Positions 50,281 through 59,736 of a DNA stretch of 64,000 bases are shown one piece after another. The notes below the pieces were generated by a model that saw nothing but the letters and a program-made list of their open reading frames with translations, was not told where the DNA came from and made no database searches. Made by a program: the position numbers and the translations under genes. The DNA lies in contig CBDFKD010000002.1 in NCBI GenBank assembly GCA_965248695.1, positions 5,504,001-5,568,000 on the forward strand. The letters run 5' to 3'. The DNA is from Acidobacteriota bacterium (lineage in GTDB: Bacteria; Acidobacteriota; UBA890; WLXD01). Position 1 is the stretch's first letter; every line of letters begins with the position of its first letter.

Positions 50281-51540
50281 TGACCTGACCCCCGAAAACG
50301 GATCCGGATGTAATCTCACGATCTGGGTCAAGAACGGGAGGTCAGAATGCCGAGTAAGAGGCACAGCGCCGAGCAGATCGTACGCAAGCTCCGGGAGGCT
50401 GAGGTGGAGCTGGCTCGAGGGGCGACGGTCAAGGATGCCTGCCGCAAGCTAGCAATCACCGAGCACACCTACTACCGGTGGCGGCGAGAGTACGGCGGAC
50501 TGAAGCTCAACCAGGCCAGAAAGCTCAAGCAACTGGAGAAGGAGAATGCCCGGCTCAAGAGGCTGGTGGCGGAAAAGGAACTCGACCTGTCGATCCTGAA
50601 GGAAGTGGCGGAGGGAAACTTCTGAGCCCAGCTCGGCGGCGAGAGGCGGTGGCACATGTACGGGGGCGGCTGGGCGTCTCGGAGAGGCGGGCGTGTCGGG
50701 TACTGAAACAACCACGCACGACACACCGGTACGTGCCAAGAGAGCCGCAACAGGAGCAGATTTTGACGGAGCGGATCGTGGATTTAGCCCGACAGTACGG
50801 GCGCTACGGATATCGGAGGGTGACAGCGTTGCTGCGCATGGAGGGCTGGTCCGTGAACCACAAACGAGTGCAGCGTATCTGGCGGCGCGAAGGGCTGAAA
50901 GTACCGAGAAAACAGCCCAAACGAGCACGGCTGTGGCTGAGCGATGGCTCCTGCATCCGGCTGCGCCCACAGCACCGGGATCATGTCTGGGCGTATGACT
51001 TCCTGCACCACCGGACGCACGACGGTCGGGCTATGAGGCTGCTGACGATCGTCGATGAGTACACACGAGAAAGCCTGGCGATCCATGTAGCACGGAAGCT
51101 CAACTCTGAGGACGTGCTGGAGCAGCTCGGGAGGTTGTTCGTACACCGGGGCATACCTGAGCACATCCGGTCGGATAACGGACCAGAGTTCACCGCCGAG
51201 GCGGTTCGCGACTGGCTGGGCCGGTTGGGCGTGGGGACGCTGTTCATCGAGCCGGGCTCGCCGTGGGAGAACGGTTACGTGGAGAGCTTCAACGGCAAGC
51301 TACGCGACGAGCTGCTGGATGGAGAGATCTTCTACACGCTCAAGGAGGCAAAGGTTCTGATCGAGAGATGGCGTCAGCACTACAACCGCATGCGACCGCA
51401 CAGCTCGCTGAGCTATCGGCCGCCCGCACCCGAAGCGACGTTGTTGAAGCCGGCTGCGCTCCGCTTCGCCGGCCTCAACAACCTCTTGTCAGCACCGAGT
51501 TACTGAGATAAGACATGGTACTAACCGCGGGGTCAGGTCA
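50281..51540 (+). mobile_element. IS3-family insertion sequence, copy 2 (1260 bp)
   Basis: TGACCTGACCCC...GGGGTCAGGTCA termini; inverted relative to copy 1. Confidence 0.95.
50347..51506 (+). CDS. IS3 transposase OrfAB (-1 programmed frameshift)
   Basis: orfA 50347-50625, GGGAAAC at 50613-50619, orfB with DDE motif to 51506. Confidence 0.92.
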
Positions 51541-51607
51541 GAGGCACGATGTTGTTAAGGACCACCACAAGCGTTGGACATCCCCTGGGGGGTGCAGCGC
51601 AGTAGCG

Positions 51608-53707
51608 ATGCGTCGAGATTACCGAAGCATGCTGCCGGTAAGCGCTGTAGGCGTCCTTGCGGCACAGGTGCTGGCCGCTGCTGCGTCGCTGTACGCGCAG
51701 CAGCGGCCTGAGTTCCGCGCCCGCGTTGATCTGGTGCAACTACAGGTGCAGGTGCGCTCCCAGGCCGGAGAGCTCGTCACCGGCCTGGGAGCAGAGGACT
51801 TCATCGTCGTAGTAGAGGGTGAGGCGCGTCCCGCACAGAACGCCTACGAGGTAGACTTGCGGAGCGTGCCCCGCGCAGGTTCTAACGCTGCGGATTCCGG
51901 CAACGCAGCGACGCCGCAGCCTCTCGCTGATCTGCCCCCTGCGGCAAAACGCCACTTTTTGCTGCTGTTTGACTTCAGCTTCACGACCCGTCGCGGCGTT
52001 CGGGAGGCACGAGAATCGGCGCTGCAATTCATCGATCAACAGATCCGTGTGGGCGATCTTGTGGGGGTGGCGACGATTGACCGCCACGGCATGGACCTGA
52101 GCGTTCCCTTCACCAGGAACGTTGCCTATGCACGCGAGGTCATCGCGGATCTCAGTCTTGATCGCGCCACCGATATCATCGTGTGGGAAGACGACCCAGC
52201 CGAGTTCGGAGCCTACGTTATCAGCGTGTCCAACTACGTAGGCTACCTCCGGCAACTAGGGCAAATGCTGCAGGCGATTGACGGACGCAAGCACCTGGTG
52301 CTGCTATCGACGGGTTTCACTGATCTCATGCTAGAAGGCAGGGACCTTGATAGTCGGGCGACATCTTCGGAGGCCAGGTTGAGGGGCTTCGTGCCCGAAA
52401 GCTACATGGATCCAGCATACGAGACCGGATCGCCCGAGGTACGCGCTGCGATCGGAGCGGCGGTGCAGGAGCTGTTACAAGCCGACGGTGTGATCCATGC
52501 GCTGGATCCGCGTGGACTTCTTGCCGAAGGTGGCGATCCGAGTGAAATGGCCCCTGCCAATAGTCGTGGGCCTCGGGCTGGGGGTGATGGTCGGGAAGCG
52601 CTCTACTACCTAGCCTCCGAAACCGGAGGCCAGGCCCATTGGAACCTCAACGACTTGACACCCGCGTTCGCCCAGGTGGAAGAGGCCACAGCCCACTACT
52701 ACGTGGTGGCGTATCGCAAACAGCCCACCGATCCGAACACCGTCAGCATCCATGTCCAGGTGCAGCACCCGGACATGGAGGTGGTCTCAGCGCCTCGACG
52801 GCTTACCACGCCACGGGACTACCAGGACATGAGCGAGGCGCAACAACAGCTGCTTCTGGCCGAAGCCATGACGCACGACACCGACGTGGTGGCCATGGCC
52901 TTGGACGCCAAGACGGTGAGCTTTCCGGCGCCCTTGGACTCCACACCTTCCGTCGCCGTGTTGCTTCAAGTTGCGGGAAGAGATCTGGAGCGGGTAGCGG
53001 CACAACGGGGCGATGACAAAGTGGAGCTTGAGATCGCTTGTTTGGCCCTCGGTCCGGATCACACGGTATTGGATTACGCTCGACGCCGAGTCGGTATTGA
53101 TGTGGCCCGGATGCGGGCCGCGGGACCGATGCAAGCCCAGTCGTTTCGCCACACGGAGTTTGTCGATGTGCCCGTGGGCGAGGGTCGGGTGCGGATCTTG
53201 GTGCGGGACTCCGAGGTGGGCGACCTCACTGCCACCACGCGGCAATACGACGCGGTGACACTGCCACAGGGCCTGTTCCTGGCGCAGCCGATCGTGGTGG
53301 ATGCCTACCGGCTACCGCCGATACGCGGCGACTCCGAGGGGTTCGATCCGCTGCTGCTGAAGGGACAACGCCTCGTGCCGTCGCCGGTGCCGAGTGTTGT
53401 TCCGGGTGGAGGGATCGAGGTTCTGGTTGTCCTTTACAATGTCTCATCGGACTCCACGCCCGCGCAGCTGGTGGCGGCCACGACGGTGCAGTTACAGGAT
53501 GCTGCGGGGAGCGTGCACGTGCTGCCGAACCTTCAACTAAAAGCCTCCCAGGTCATTGAAGATGCCAACGCCGTGCAGTTGCTGTTGGGCGCCTCGGTAC
53601 CGTCGTACACGACCCTAGGCCAGGCTCAGCTTACGGTTCGGGTTGCTGACCATCTTGGGGGGCGAGCGGTACAGGAGGCTACGCAGCTCGTTGTCACTGC
53701 GCGCTGA
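51608..53707 (+). CDS. VWA domain-containing secreted protein (acidobacterial VWFA-related type)
   Basis: Signal peptide, FRARVDLVQL...VTGLGAEDF, LLFDFS, GRKHLVLLSTG, LASETGG, YYVVAY; start 51608 or 51629. Confidence 0.8.
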   Translation: MRRDYRSMLPVSAVGVLAAQVLAAAASLYAQQRPEFRARVDLVQLQVQVRSQAGELVTGLGAEDFIVVVEGEARPAQNAYEVDLRSVPRAGSNAADSGNAATPQPLADLPPAAKRHFLLLFDFSFTTRRGVREARESALQFIDQQIRVGDLVGVATIDRHGMDLSVPFTRNVAYAREVIADLSLDRATDIIVWEDDPAEFGAYVISVSNYVGYLRQLGQMLQAIDGRKHLVLLSTGFTDLMLEGRDLDSRATSSEARLRGFVPESYMDPAYETGSPEVRAAIGAAVQELLQADGVIHALDPRGLLAEGGDPSEMAPANSRGPRAGGDGREALYYLASETGGQAHWNLNDLTPAFAQVEEATAHYYVVAYRKQPTDPNTVSIHVQVQHPDMEVVSAPRRLTTPRDYQDMSEAQQQLLLAEAMTHDTDVVAMALDAKTVSFPAPLDSTPSVAVLLQVAGRDLERVAAQRGDDKVELEIACLALGPDHTVLDYARRRVGIDVARMRAAGPMQAQSFRHTEFVDVPVGEGRVRILVRDSEVGDLTATTRQYDAVTLPQGLFLAQPIVVDAYRLPPIRGDSEGFDPLLLKGQRLVPSPVPSVVPGGGIEVLVVLYNVSSDSTPAQLVAATTVQLQDAAGSVHVLPNLQLKASQVIEDANAVQLLLGASVPSYTTLGQAQLTVRVADHLGGRAVQEATQLVVTAR

Positions 53708-53964
53708 GGCACCGAGCGCATGGCTAAGCTCGAAGGCTCCGTCACTGGCTTCATGCGCGCCAACCAGCCCACGTAGGGACGCATCCGGCAGCAGTAGCAC
53801 CATCTCACCGCCTCGGCACCGGGTTGGTCAGGCGCAGCTCCGAAGCCCCATGGTCACGCCCGATGATGTAGGCGGCCACCTACCAGGTGATCGCGATCCC
53901 GACGGCGACGCCCGGCTCCCAGCCGCGCCCGGGGCTCCGCACGGCACCCATGAGCACGGCCAAC

Positions 53965-54007
53965 GTGTAAAGCGTTGCTTGACACACTGCTCCAATCTCA
54001 GTACGAT
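53965..54007 (+). promoter_or_regulatory. higBA sigma70 promoter with overlapping palindromic operator
   Basis: TTGACA 53979-53984, 17-nt spacer, TACGAT 54002-54007; inverted repeat GTGTAAAGC-gtt-GCTTGACAC 53965-53985. Confidence 0.75.
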
Positions 54008-54013
54008 CAGGGC

Positions 54014-54289
54014 ATGATCAGGACGTTCAAGCATCGAGGCTTGAAGGATCTTTTCAAAACTGGTCACAGCGCTCGCATCAATCGCGATTGGCAAGCCAAG
54101 CTGATCCGTCAGATGGACGCTTTGCACAGTGCGGCCCGACCCGAAGACATGAATCTCCCCGGATGGCGGTTCCATAGCCTGAAGGGACAGCCCCGACGTT
54201 ACAGCGTGACAGTGAACGCAAACTGGCGGCTAACGTTCGAATGGCGGGATGGCGACGCCTACCGACTCGATCTAGAGGACTATCACTGA
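54014..54289 (+). CDS. higB: HigB (RelE/ParE-family) toxin
   Basis: MIRTFKHRGLKDLF, PGWRFHSLKG, VNANWRLTFEW, LEDYH. Confidence 0.93.
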   Translation: MIRTFKHRGLKDLFKTGHSARINRDWQAKLIRQMDALHSAARPEDMNLPGWRFHSLKGQPRRYSVTVNANWRLTFEWRDGDAYRLDLEDYH

Positions 54290-54615
54290 TGACCGATCTA
54301 ATCGCAGAGCACCCTGCCCGGGCGCCGACGCATCCCGGTGAGATATGGCGCGAGGACATTCTGCCCGCTCTCGGATTGACGGTCACTGCCGCCGCGCGAG
54401 ATCTCGGTGTATCCCGACAGGCCCTGCACAACGTTCTACGCCGCGACAACCCGCATGCGATAAGCTCGGAAATGGCGATGCGTTTCGCACGGCTGTGCGG
54501 TGATGACAAGCTAGCTGGCCTGTGGGTTCGGATGCAGGCTGCCTATGCACTATGGCACGCATCGCAACGGGTCCAGCTCGACGATATTCCGATTCGCGCC
54601 GTCAAGACTGTCTGA
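54289..54615 (+). CDS. higA: HigA antitoxin (XRE HTH)
   Basis: PTHPGEI, LTVTAAARDLGVSRQAL, ISSEMAMRF, WVRMQAAY; TGATG coupling. Confidence 0.92.
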   Translation: MTDLIAEHPARAPTHPGEIWREDILPALGLTVTAAARDLGVSRQALHNVLRRDNPHAISSEMAMRFARLCGDDKLAGLWVRMQAAYALWHASQRVQLDDIPIRAVKTV

Positions 54616-54621
54616 CCCGTC

Positions 54622-54870
54622 CTACCATGTAACAGCGATCCCGATGGCGACGCCGGCTCGCCAGCCGTCTGTACCGCTCAGGTCGCGTATCCCACCGATC
54701 AGCACGGCAGGCCAAGCGATCCGCACGCGCCGTCCTTCGAGGCTCTTTCGCCGCGCCTCCGCCAGGTCGAGCCGCGCTTGCGTTGTCTCGTACAGCTGGC
54801 GAGTGATACCCAGCTGATTCCGCAGGTTCACGATCAACTCGTCGCTGGCTACCAGCGGTCCCTGCGCCAC
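54622..54870 (-). pseudogene. Phage-like gene fragment (coiled coil plus C-terminal GVAIGIAVTW)
   Basis: Short ORF whose C-terminus is duplicated in diverged form at 53880-53963. Confidence 0.4.
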
Positions 54871-54941
54871 GGATACCTGAAGCCCGAGCCACTTCGTACC
54901 CCCTCGTTGGCGGTGGGCGTAGCCTGCCGGGTCAACGTTGG

Positions 54942-55180
54942 CTAGCGATCGGCCAGCTGACTCGATCGGCGGCGCGGAGGAGCACGGGGAATGACCGCCA
55001 GGAGTTCATGACCCAGCAAGAGCCGGGGCAGCCTTGGAGGATCTTCTGACACTTCGACGATGTAGAATCGGGCGCTGTTCATCAGGTCTCCCCATCCCGG
55101 CTTGCCGCTGCATGTGGATGCCAGGCCGAACACGTATGGCGGGTCGGTGGCAATGCAGTCGATCCCCTGGCCACAGAGCC
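54942..55180 (-). pseudogene. Degraded N6-A/N4-C DNA methyltransferase fragment
   Basis: IDCIATDPPY catalytic motif IV, then a frameshift into CWVMNSWRSFP; no start. Confidence 0.65.
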
Positions 55181-55421
55181 GACGGATACCCACACCGCGG
55201 GCACTCGGGATCTCCGATGCCGAGGTACCCAGGAGAGGTGGAGCCGCAGTACGGGCAGTGGCCGAGGAGGCCTCTCGCGCGACGTCGGAGGCCGATTACG
55301 AGGCCAATCGTGGCACGGATCGTGGCACGCACGATCCGAGCGCCGCGCCGCGACACCCTCGAGGGAGCGTCGCCGTTCAGGCCATATTCCCGTAAGCTAC
55401 TGGGAACATGAGAGAAAGAAA

Positions 55422-55519
55422 TGGCGGAAGCGCCTGGGAATCGAACCCAGCGAGGACGCCTTCCGGCGCCCCCCAACGGATTTGAAGTCCGCAAGGGCCA
55501 CCAGACCCCATTCGCTTCC
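55422..55519 (-). tRNA. selC: tRNA-Sec (anticodon UCA)
   Basis: GGAAGCG...GGACTTCAAATCC...long variable arm...GGTTCGATTCC...CGCTTCCGCCA; 98 nt with encoded CCA. Confidence 0.95.
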
Positions 55520-55623
55520 GCTCGGCCGCGCGTGGCGGCATGTCGGAACATTCTGGCAGGCGCTCCGTAGGGTCGCTAGGTAGTATCAAAGGAGCTCGAA
55601 CGCCTTTCCCCTGAGGGTTGCCA

Positions 55624-56049
55624 ATGACAGAAGCAGCGGAACCGACCACGACGACGCGGGAACAGCAGGAGGAGCGCTCGGATGGAGCGTCTGGAGACGC
55701 TGCCGACGGCGAAGAGAGGCGCGACGTCTCCTGGCACCTCGATCGCATCTGGCAGGAGATCAAGGACATCACCCGCCAGCTGGAGAGTGAGACGCGCCGT
55801 GGCGGCCAGATTGCCAAGCTCAAGCTGGACATCCTCGGTCTGCGCCGCAAGGCCAACGAGCACACGTCGCGACTGGGGGTCCTGGTTTACGAGGCGCAGA
55901 AAACGAGCGACAAGCGGCCGACTCTGGCCCGCGTCGAGGGCTATGACGGCGTGGTCGCCGACATCGCCACCGTCGAGGCCGAGATTGACGCGAAGCAGGA
56001 AGAGATTGCGGCGCTGAAGGCGCAGCCGCAGGAGCAGGAAGCGAACTAG
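55624..56049 (+). CDS. Hypothetical coiled-coil protein
   Basis: GAGG RBS; helical QIAKLKLDI...LGVLVYE pattern. Confidence 0.65.
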   Translation: MTEAAEPTTTTREQQEERSDGASGDAADGEERRDVSWHLDRIWQEIKDITRQLESETRRGGQIAKLKLDILGLRRKANEHTSRLGVLVYEAQKTSDKRPTLARVEGYDGVVADIATVEAEIDAKQEEIAALKAQPQEQEAN

Positions 56050-56086
56050 CGACGGCGCCAGATCCGCTACAATGGGGCCGCCTGGC

Positions 56087-56159
<73 letters not shown>

Positions 56160-56165
56160 CTCGCG

Positions 56166-56194
56166 AAGCCGCCGACGTCCTAGTCGGCGGCTTT
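56166..56194. terminator. Hairpin terminator between tRNA-Ala and convergent thiD
   Basis: AAGCCGCCGAC-gtccta-GTCGGCGGCTT perfect 11-bp stem followed by a T-rich tail. Confidence 0.7.
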
Positions 56195-57034
56195 GGCGTT
56201 TTGTGAGCGACCGGCTGGCAGACTTCGACCGTGCCAGAGGGGACCGTGACCACCGCCCAGGCCCGGCGCCGCCAGTATCGCAGCGTGCACATACTGCTTC
56301 GCCGAGCGCGCCGCCTGCTGCAGCGTCCAACCGCGTGCCAGGCCCGCCGCCAGGGCTGCCGCCAGCGTGCAGCCGGTACCGTGGGTATGAGCCGTATCGA
56401 TGCGCGGCGTCCGCAGCCAGGTCTCCGCGTCACCGGTCAGCAGCAAATCGACGGCGTCGCCCTCCAGATGCCCGCCTTTGATCAGCGCCGCTCGTGCGCC
56501 GGTGTCCAGCAACACCCGACCGGCGGCAATCATGCTGGCCGCATCCTCGACGGGAAAGCCGACGATCGCCTCCGCCTCCGCGAGATTCGGCGTGACGCAC
56601 GCGGCGAGCGGCAGCAGCCTGTGCACGAGCACCTCGACCGCGCCGGCATCCAGCAGTGGATCGCCACTCGTGGCAACCATCACCGGGTCGACCACCAGCG
56701 TCGAGATGCCGTGCCGGCGGACCGCTTCGGCCACCGATTCGATGATGTGGCCATCGCCGAGCATGCCGGTCTTGGCGGCGTCGACGCCGATGTCGTCGGC
56801 CACGGCATCGATCTGCGCGCGCACCAGCTCCGCGCTCATGAGGCTGGCGGCGGCGACCCCTCGGGTGTTCTGGGCCGTGATGGCGGTGACCGCCGACATC
56901 CCGAAGACGCGATACGCAGCGAACGTCTTGAGATCAGCCTGTATTCCGGCACCACCGCTGGAGTCCGAGCCCGCAATGGTCAGGGCGCGGGCAACCGGCC
57001 GTCGGCGCATGCCTCGATCGTCGGGATCCATCAT
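56180..57034 (-). CDS. thiD: Hydroxymethylpyrimidine/phosphomethylpyrimidine kinase
   Basis: [48 protein letters not shown]. Confidence 0.95.
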   Translation of the reverse strand: MMDPDDRGMRRRPVARALTIAGSDSSGGAGIQADLKTFAAYRVFGMSAVTAITAQNTRGVAAASLMSAELVRAQIDAVADDIGVDAAKTGMLGDGHIIESVAEAVRRHGISTLVVDPVMVATSGDPLLDAGAVEVLVHRLLPLAACVTPNLAEAEAIVGFPVEDAASMIAAGRVLLDTGARAALIKGGHLEGDAVDLLLTGDAETWLRTPRIDTAHTHGTGCTLAAALAAGLARGWTLQQAARSAKQYVHAAILAAPGLGGGHGPLWHGRSLPAGRSQNAKAAD

Positions 57035-57053
57035 CTGAGCTTATAATCGTCGC

Positions 57054-57371
57054 ATGGACTTCGACGATCTCGACTTCAGCGACCCGGCGACTCGTCTAGC
57101 GCATCTGGGCGATATGGAGAAGCTCTCCGAAACGCTGTCCGATCGCGACGGCGGAGAGCTGTTCAAGAAGGATCTCGAGGAAGCGCGACTCCTCGCCGAG
57201 CGCGATGCAAGGTTCCAGGTACTGGTCGAGGGGCTATCGGCGACGTCGCTGGGCGAGCGGCTGGGGGCGGTCAATCGGTTCTTCGACGGGTTCGGCCGGG
57301 TGGAATTGGCGGCGCTTGAGCTGCCCACGCATCTGGGTCAGCTGCGTGCCATCTATCTGAGCTCACGCTAG
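57054..57371 (+). CDS. Hypothetical protein
   Basis: Natural-looking helical ORF preceded by TATAAT at leaderless spacing. Confidence 0.6.
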   Translation: MDFDDLDFSDPATRLAHLGDMEKLSETLSDRDGGELFKKDLEEARLLAERDARFQVLVEGLSATSLGERLGAVNRFFDGFGRVELAALELPTHLGQLRAIYLSSR

Positions 57372-57405
57372 CTCCCGTACGCCTAGCCCTACGTCCCGCG
57401 CAACC

Positions 57406-57993
57406 CTACGTCCCGCGCAGCCAACCGGGTGGGATTCCCCGACGGCGGGCATCGCGACGGAGCTCCAGCATTTCGGTGTCGAGCTCGGCCAACCTGTCCT
57501 GAGCGGATTCGATCTTGCCCCGCGTCTCGGCCGTCGAGCGGTGCGAGAAGAGAAAGGCGCGCTCCTCGCGGCGCAGGTTGACCATCTGCGCCTGCAGCTC
57601 GGCGCGCTCGCCGGTGATCGCCGCAACGCGCTCGCGCCAGTAGTCCGGGGTGTCCTCTGCCGGAGTCTCTGCCTCCTCACCGCTCTCGGAGTCCTCGGAG
57701 TCCGCGTCGACGTCGCCAGAATCGCCGCCAGACGCGGGCGGACGTGGTGGGCTGGGCGCCTCCTCGATCTCGCTGTCCGGTTCGATGCGATCGACGAGAT
57801 CCATCGGAATGGTGATCTCGGCGCCGTACTGAAGGAACACGAGCTTGTCGCCGACCACTTCGGTGCGCGGCGTACGGATCACGCGGCCGTTCTTGAGATA
57901 GATGCTGTCGGCCGCGGCAAGGCCCGCCTGCCCCACCAGGGCGAGGAGCGCCGCCGCGACCACCCCGAATCGAACCCTGCGCGCAACACTCAT
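57406..57993 (-). CDS. Hypothetical secreted protein
   Basis: Signal peptide, DSIYLKNGRVI beta domain, acidic linker, coiled coil ending GIPPGWLR. Confidence 0.65.
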   Translation of the reverse strand: MSVARRVRFGVVAAALLALVGQAGLAAADSIYLKNGRVIRTPRTEVVGDKLVFLQYGAEITIPMDLVDRIEPDSEIEEAPSPPRPPASGGDSGDVDADSEDSESGEEAETPAEDTPDYWRERVAAITGERAELQAQMVNLRREERAFLFSHRSTAETRGKIESAQDRLAELDTEMLELRRDARRRGIPPGWLRGT

Positions 57994-58037
57994 GCGTTCG
58001 AGATTAGCATGCGCCCGGCGGTCCTCGAAGCGGTCCC

Positions 58038-58883
58038 TCATTGGCTGCGCGGGCGGGCCCGCGAGCCGATCCGGACGGCCCCGTCACCATCGGTAATCAA
58101 CAGGGCGGCGGTGTTCTCCTCGAGCCAGAACACGATCCCCTGACCGACGACGAGCGGCTCGTCCTTGGCCCGATCGCTTACTGCCACCGTGGCCGCGTGC
58201 TCCTCGTAGATCAGCGCCGGTGTGTCGAGCCGCCAACCGTCGGCACGTCCTTGGTCAATCGTGATCACGGCGCCGGCGGCGCGGGTAGTCCACAGCGCCA
58301 TGCTGCGACGCCCGCCCGCAGGATCGATCATCGAGTTGGCCGTGCTCAGCACCACGGTGGCATCTGTCACTCGAGGCGTCACCAGACGATTCGGGTCAAC
58401 CGGCGAGACGGTTCCCGTGGTGGACACATCCTGTTTCAGCAACGGGCCTACCGGGTCGCCCACCTCCAGCTCGATGCAGGACGACTTCACCAAGGCGAGG
58501 GCTCGGTCGCCCTGCAAGTCGATCACCTCGACACGGCCGATCAGGTTCACCGCTTCGCCCACCGATACCCCGGTCGTCGGATGACGTACGACGCCGTCCG
58601 AACGGTAGACGAGGTACGTCTGCCCCGCCTGCATGGGGCCGCCGTGAATGAAGATCTCATCGCCGGTGGAATACATGTGCATTCCGGGCTCACGGGAGCC
58701 GGAGACCTGGGCGAGGGGCTGGCGCGCCATAGGCAGCACGGTGGCGAAGCAGTCCGGGCCCAAGAAGGCTCCGGTATTGGGTACCGTCTGAGCGCTCACG
58801 GCACCGATCGGTACGACCAGACCGACGATGGTGAGCAAGCCAAGCGTGACCGCCACTCGGGCAGTCTGAGGTATGCGACGCAT
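58038..58883 (-). CDS. Hypothetical secreted beta-rich protein (FlgT C-terminal-like)
   Basis: Signal peptide, GDEIFI, VRHPTTG...IGRVEV, IELEVGD, VITIDQG. Confidence 0.55.
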   Translation of the reverse strand: MRRIPQTARVAVTLGLLTIVGLVVPIGAVSAQTVPNTGAFLGPDCFATVLPMARQPLAQVSGSREPGMHMYSTGDEIFIHGGPMQAGQTYLVYRSDGVVRHPTTGVSVGEAVNLIGRVEVIDLQGDRALALVKSSCIELEVGDPVGPLLKQDVSTTGTVSPVDPNRLVTPRVTDATVVLSTANSMIDPAGGRRSMALWTTRAAGAVITIDQGRADGWRLDTPALIYEEHAATVAVSDRAKDEPLVVGQGIVFWLEENTAALLITDGDGAVRIGSRARPRSQ

Positions 58884-58904
58884 CGGATTCCCCTCCGTAT
58901 GGGG

Positions 58905-59717
58905 TCAACGAATCCCTGGGTCGTCTTCGTCCGACGACCCGGTTGCGCCTCCCGCAAAGAGTCTCTCGCGAGCATCACCGGCGTGGTTGCAGTCCGGATG
59001 CTCGTCGACGAGACGCTGGTAGTAGTCGCCCGCTTGCCGCGCGTCCCCTTCGCGCCAGTACGACTCCGCCAGCAAATTCAGTAGGTCACAGCGAAACGAC
59101 GTCTGCGGATAGTTCCGCAACGCGTAGTGCGCTCGTTGTCGCGATGCGCCGAAGCGTTCTCGCCCGAGCTGGAACGTCGCCACCTGGATCTCGTGCTGAG
59201 TCAGCGTATCGACGACCTCGAGCATGTTCTGCTCGGCAAGGTCGCGATAGCGGCTGTCTGGATAGTCCTCGTGAAACTCTTGATAGGCGCGCAGCGCTTG
59301 GCGCGTTTGCGACTGGTCGCGATCGGCTGATCTCATGAGCCTCGAGAAGCTCATCGCTATCATCAGCTGCGCGTAGTCCACCTGCTCGTGCGACGGATGG
59401 TAAGTCAGGAAGTTGCGGAACGAGTCGACGGCCAGCAGCAGGGTGTCGCTACGCCGGTGCTCGTAGTAGGCGCGCCCCAGCCCGATGCGTGCCTCGGCAA
59501 GGTGCGGGCTGGTGGGATAGTTGCGCAAAAGGGTGTCGAAGGCCTCTGCCGCTTGACGATTCTTGCCATCGTCCAGAAAGCCTTGCGCCTGCTCGAACAA
59601 CTCGGTGCCGGTGGTATCGGAAGGCAGAACCATGCCGGCCGAGCCGCAGCCCCAGACCACGAGGCCCAGTACTGCGGCGCAAGCACCGGCAGGCAGCCAG
59701 TTCGGAGAAGCCTTCAT
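58905..59717 (-). CDS. bamD: Outer membrane protein assembly factor BamD
   Basis: Lipobox VWGC, TPRs, YPTSPH, DRDQSQT, YPDSRY, HEIQVATF. Confidence 0.88.
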   Translation of the reverse strand: MKASPNWLPAGACAAVLGLVVWGCGSAGMVLPSDTTGTELFEQAQGFLDDGKNRQAAEAFDTLLRNYPTSPHLAEARIGLGRAYYEHRRSDTLLLAVDSFRNFLTYHPSHEQVDYAQLMIAMSFSRLMRSADRDQSQTRQALRAYQEFHEDYPDSRYRDLAEQNMLEVVDTLTQHEIQVATFQLGRERFGASRQRAHYALRNYPQTSFRCDLLNLLAESYWREGDARQAGDYYQRLVDEHPDCNHAGDARERLFAGGATGSSDEDDPGIR

Positions 59718-59736
59718 CGGTGTCGATCTCGCCTTG

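Noticed and set aside
50074-50364. 96-aa ORF as an intact gene
   Set aside because: Chimera of IS3 left-end sequence and the integrase C-terminus
51515-51607. VWA gene start inside the IS3 end
   Set aside because: That ATG is within the IS inverted repeat; the signal peptide begins at 51608 or 51629
55422-55519. Selenoprotein genes near selC
   Set aside because: No in-frame TGA at a catalytic Cys position was seen in neighbouring genes, and selA/selB/selD are not in the window
57035-57053. TPP riboswitch upstream of thiD
   Set aside because: Only 19 bp of intergenic space and no aptamer motif
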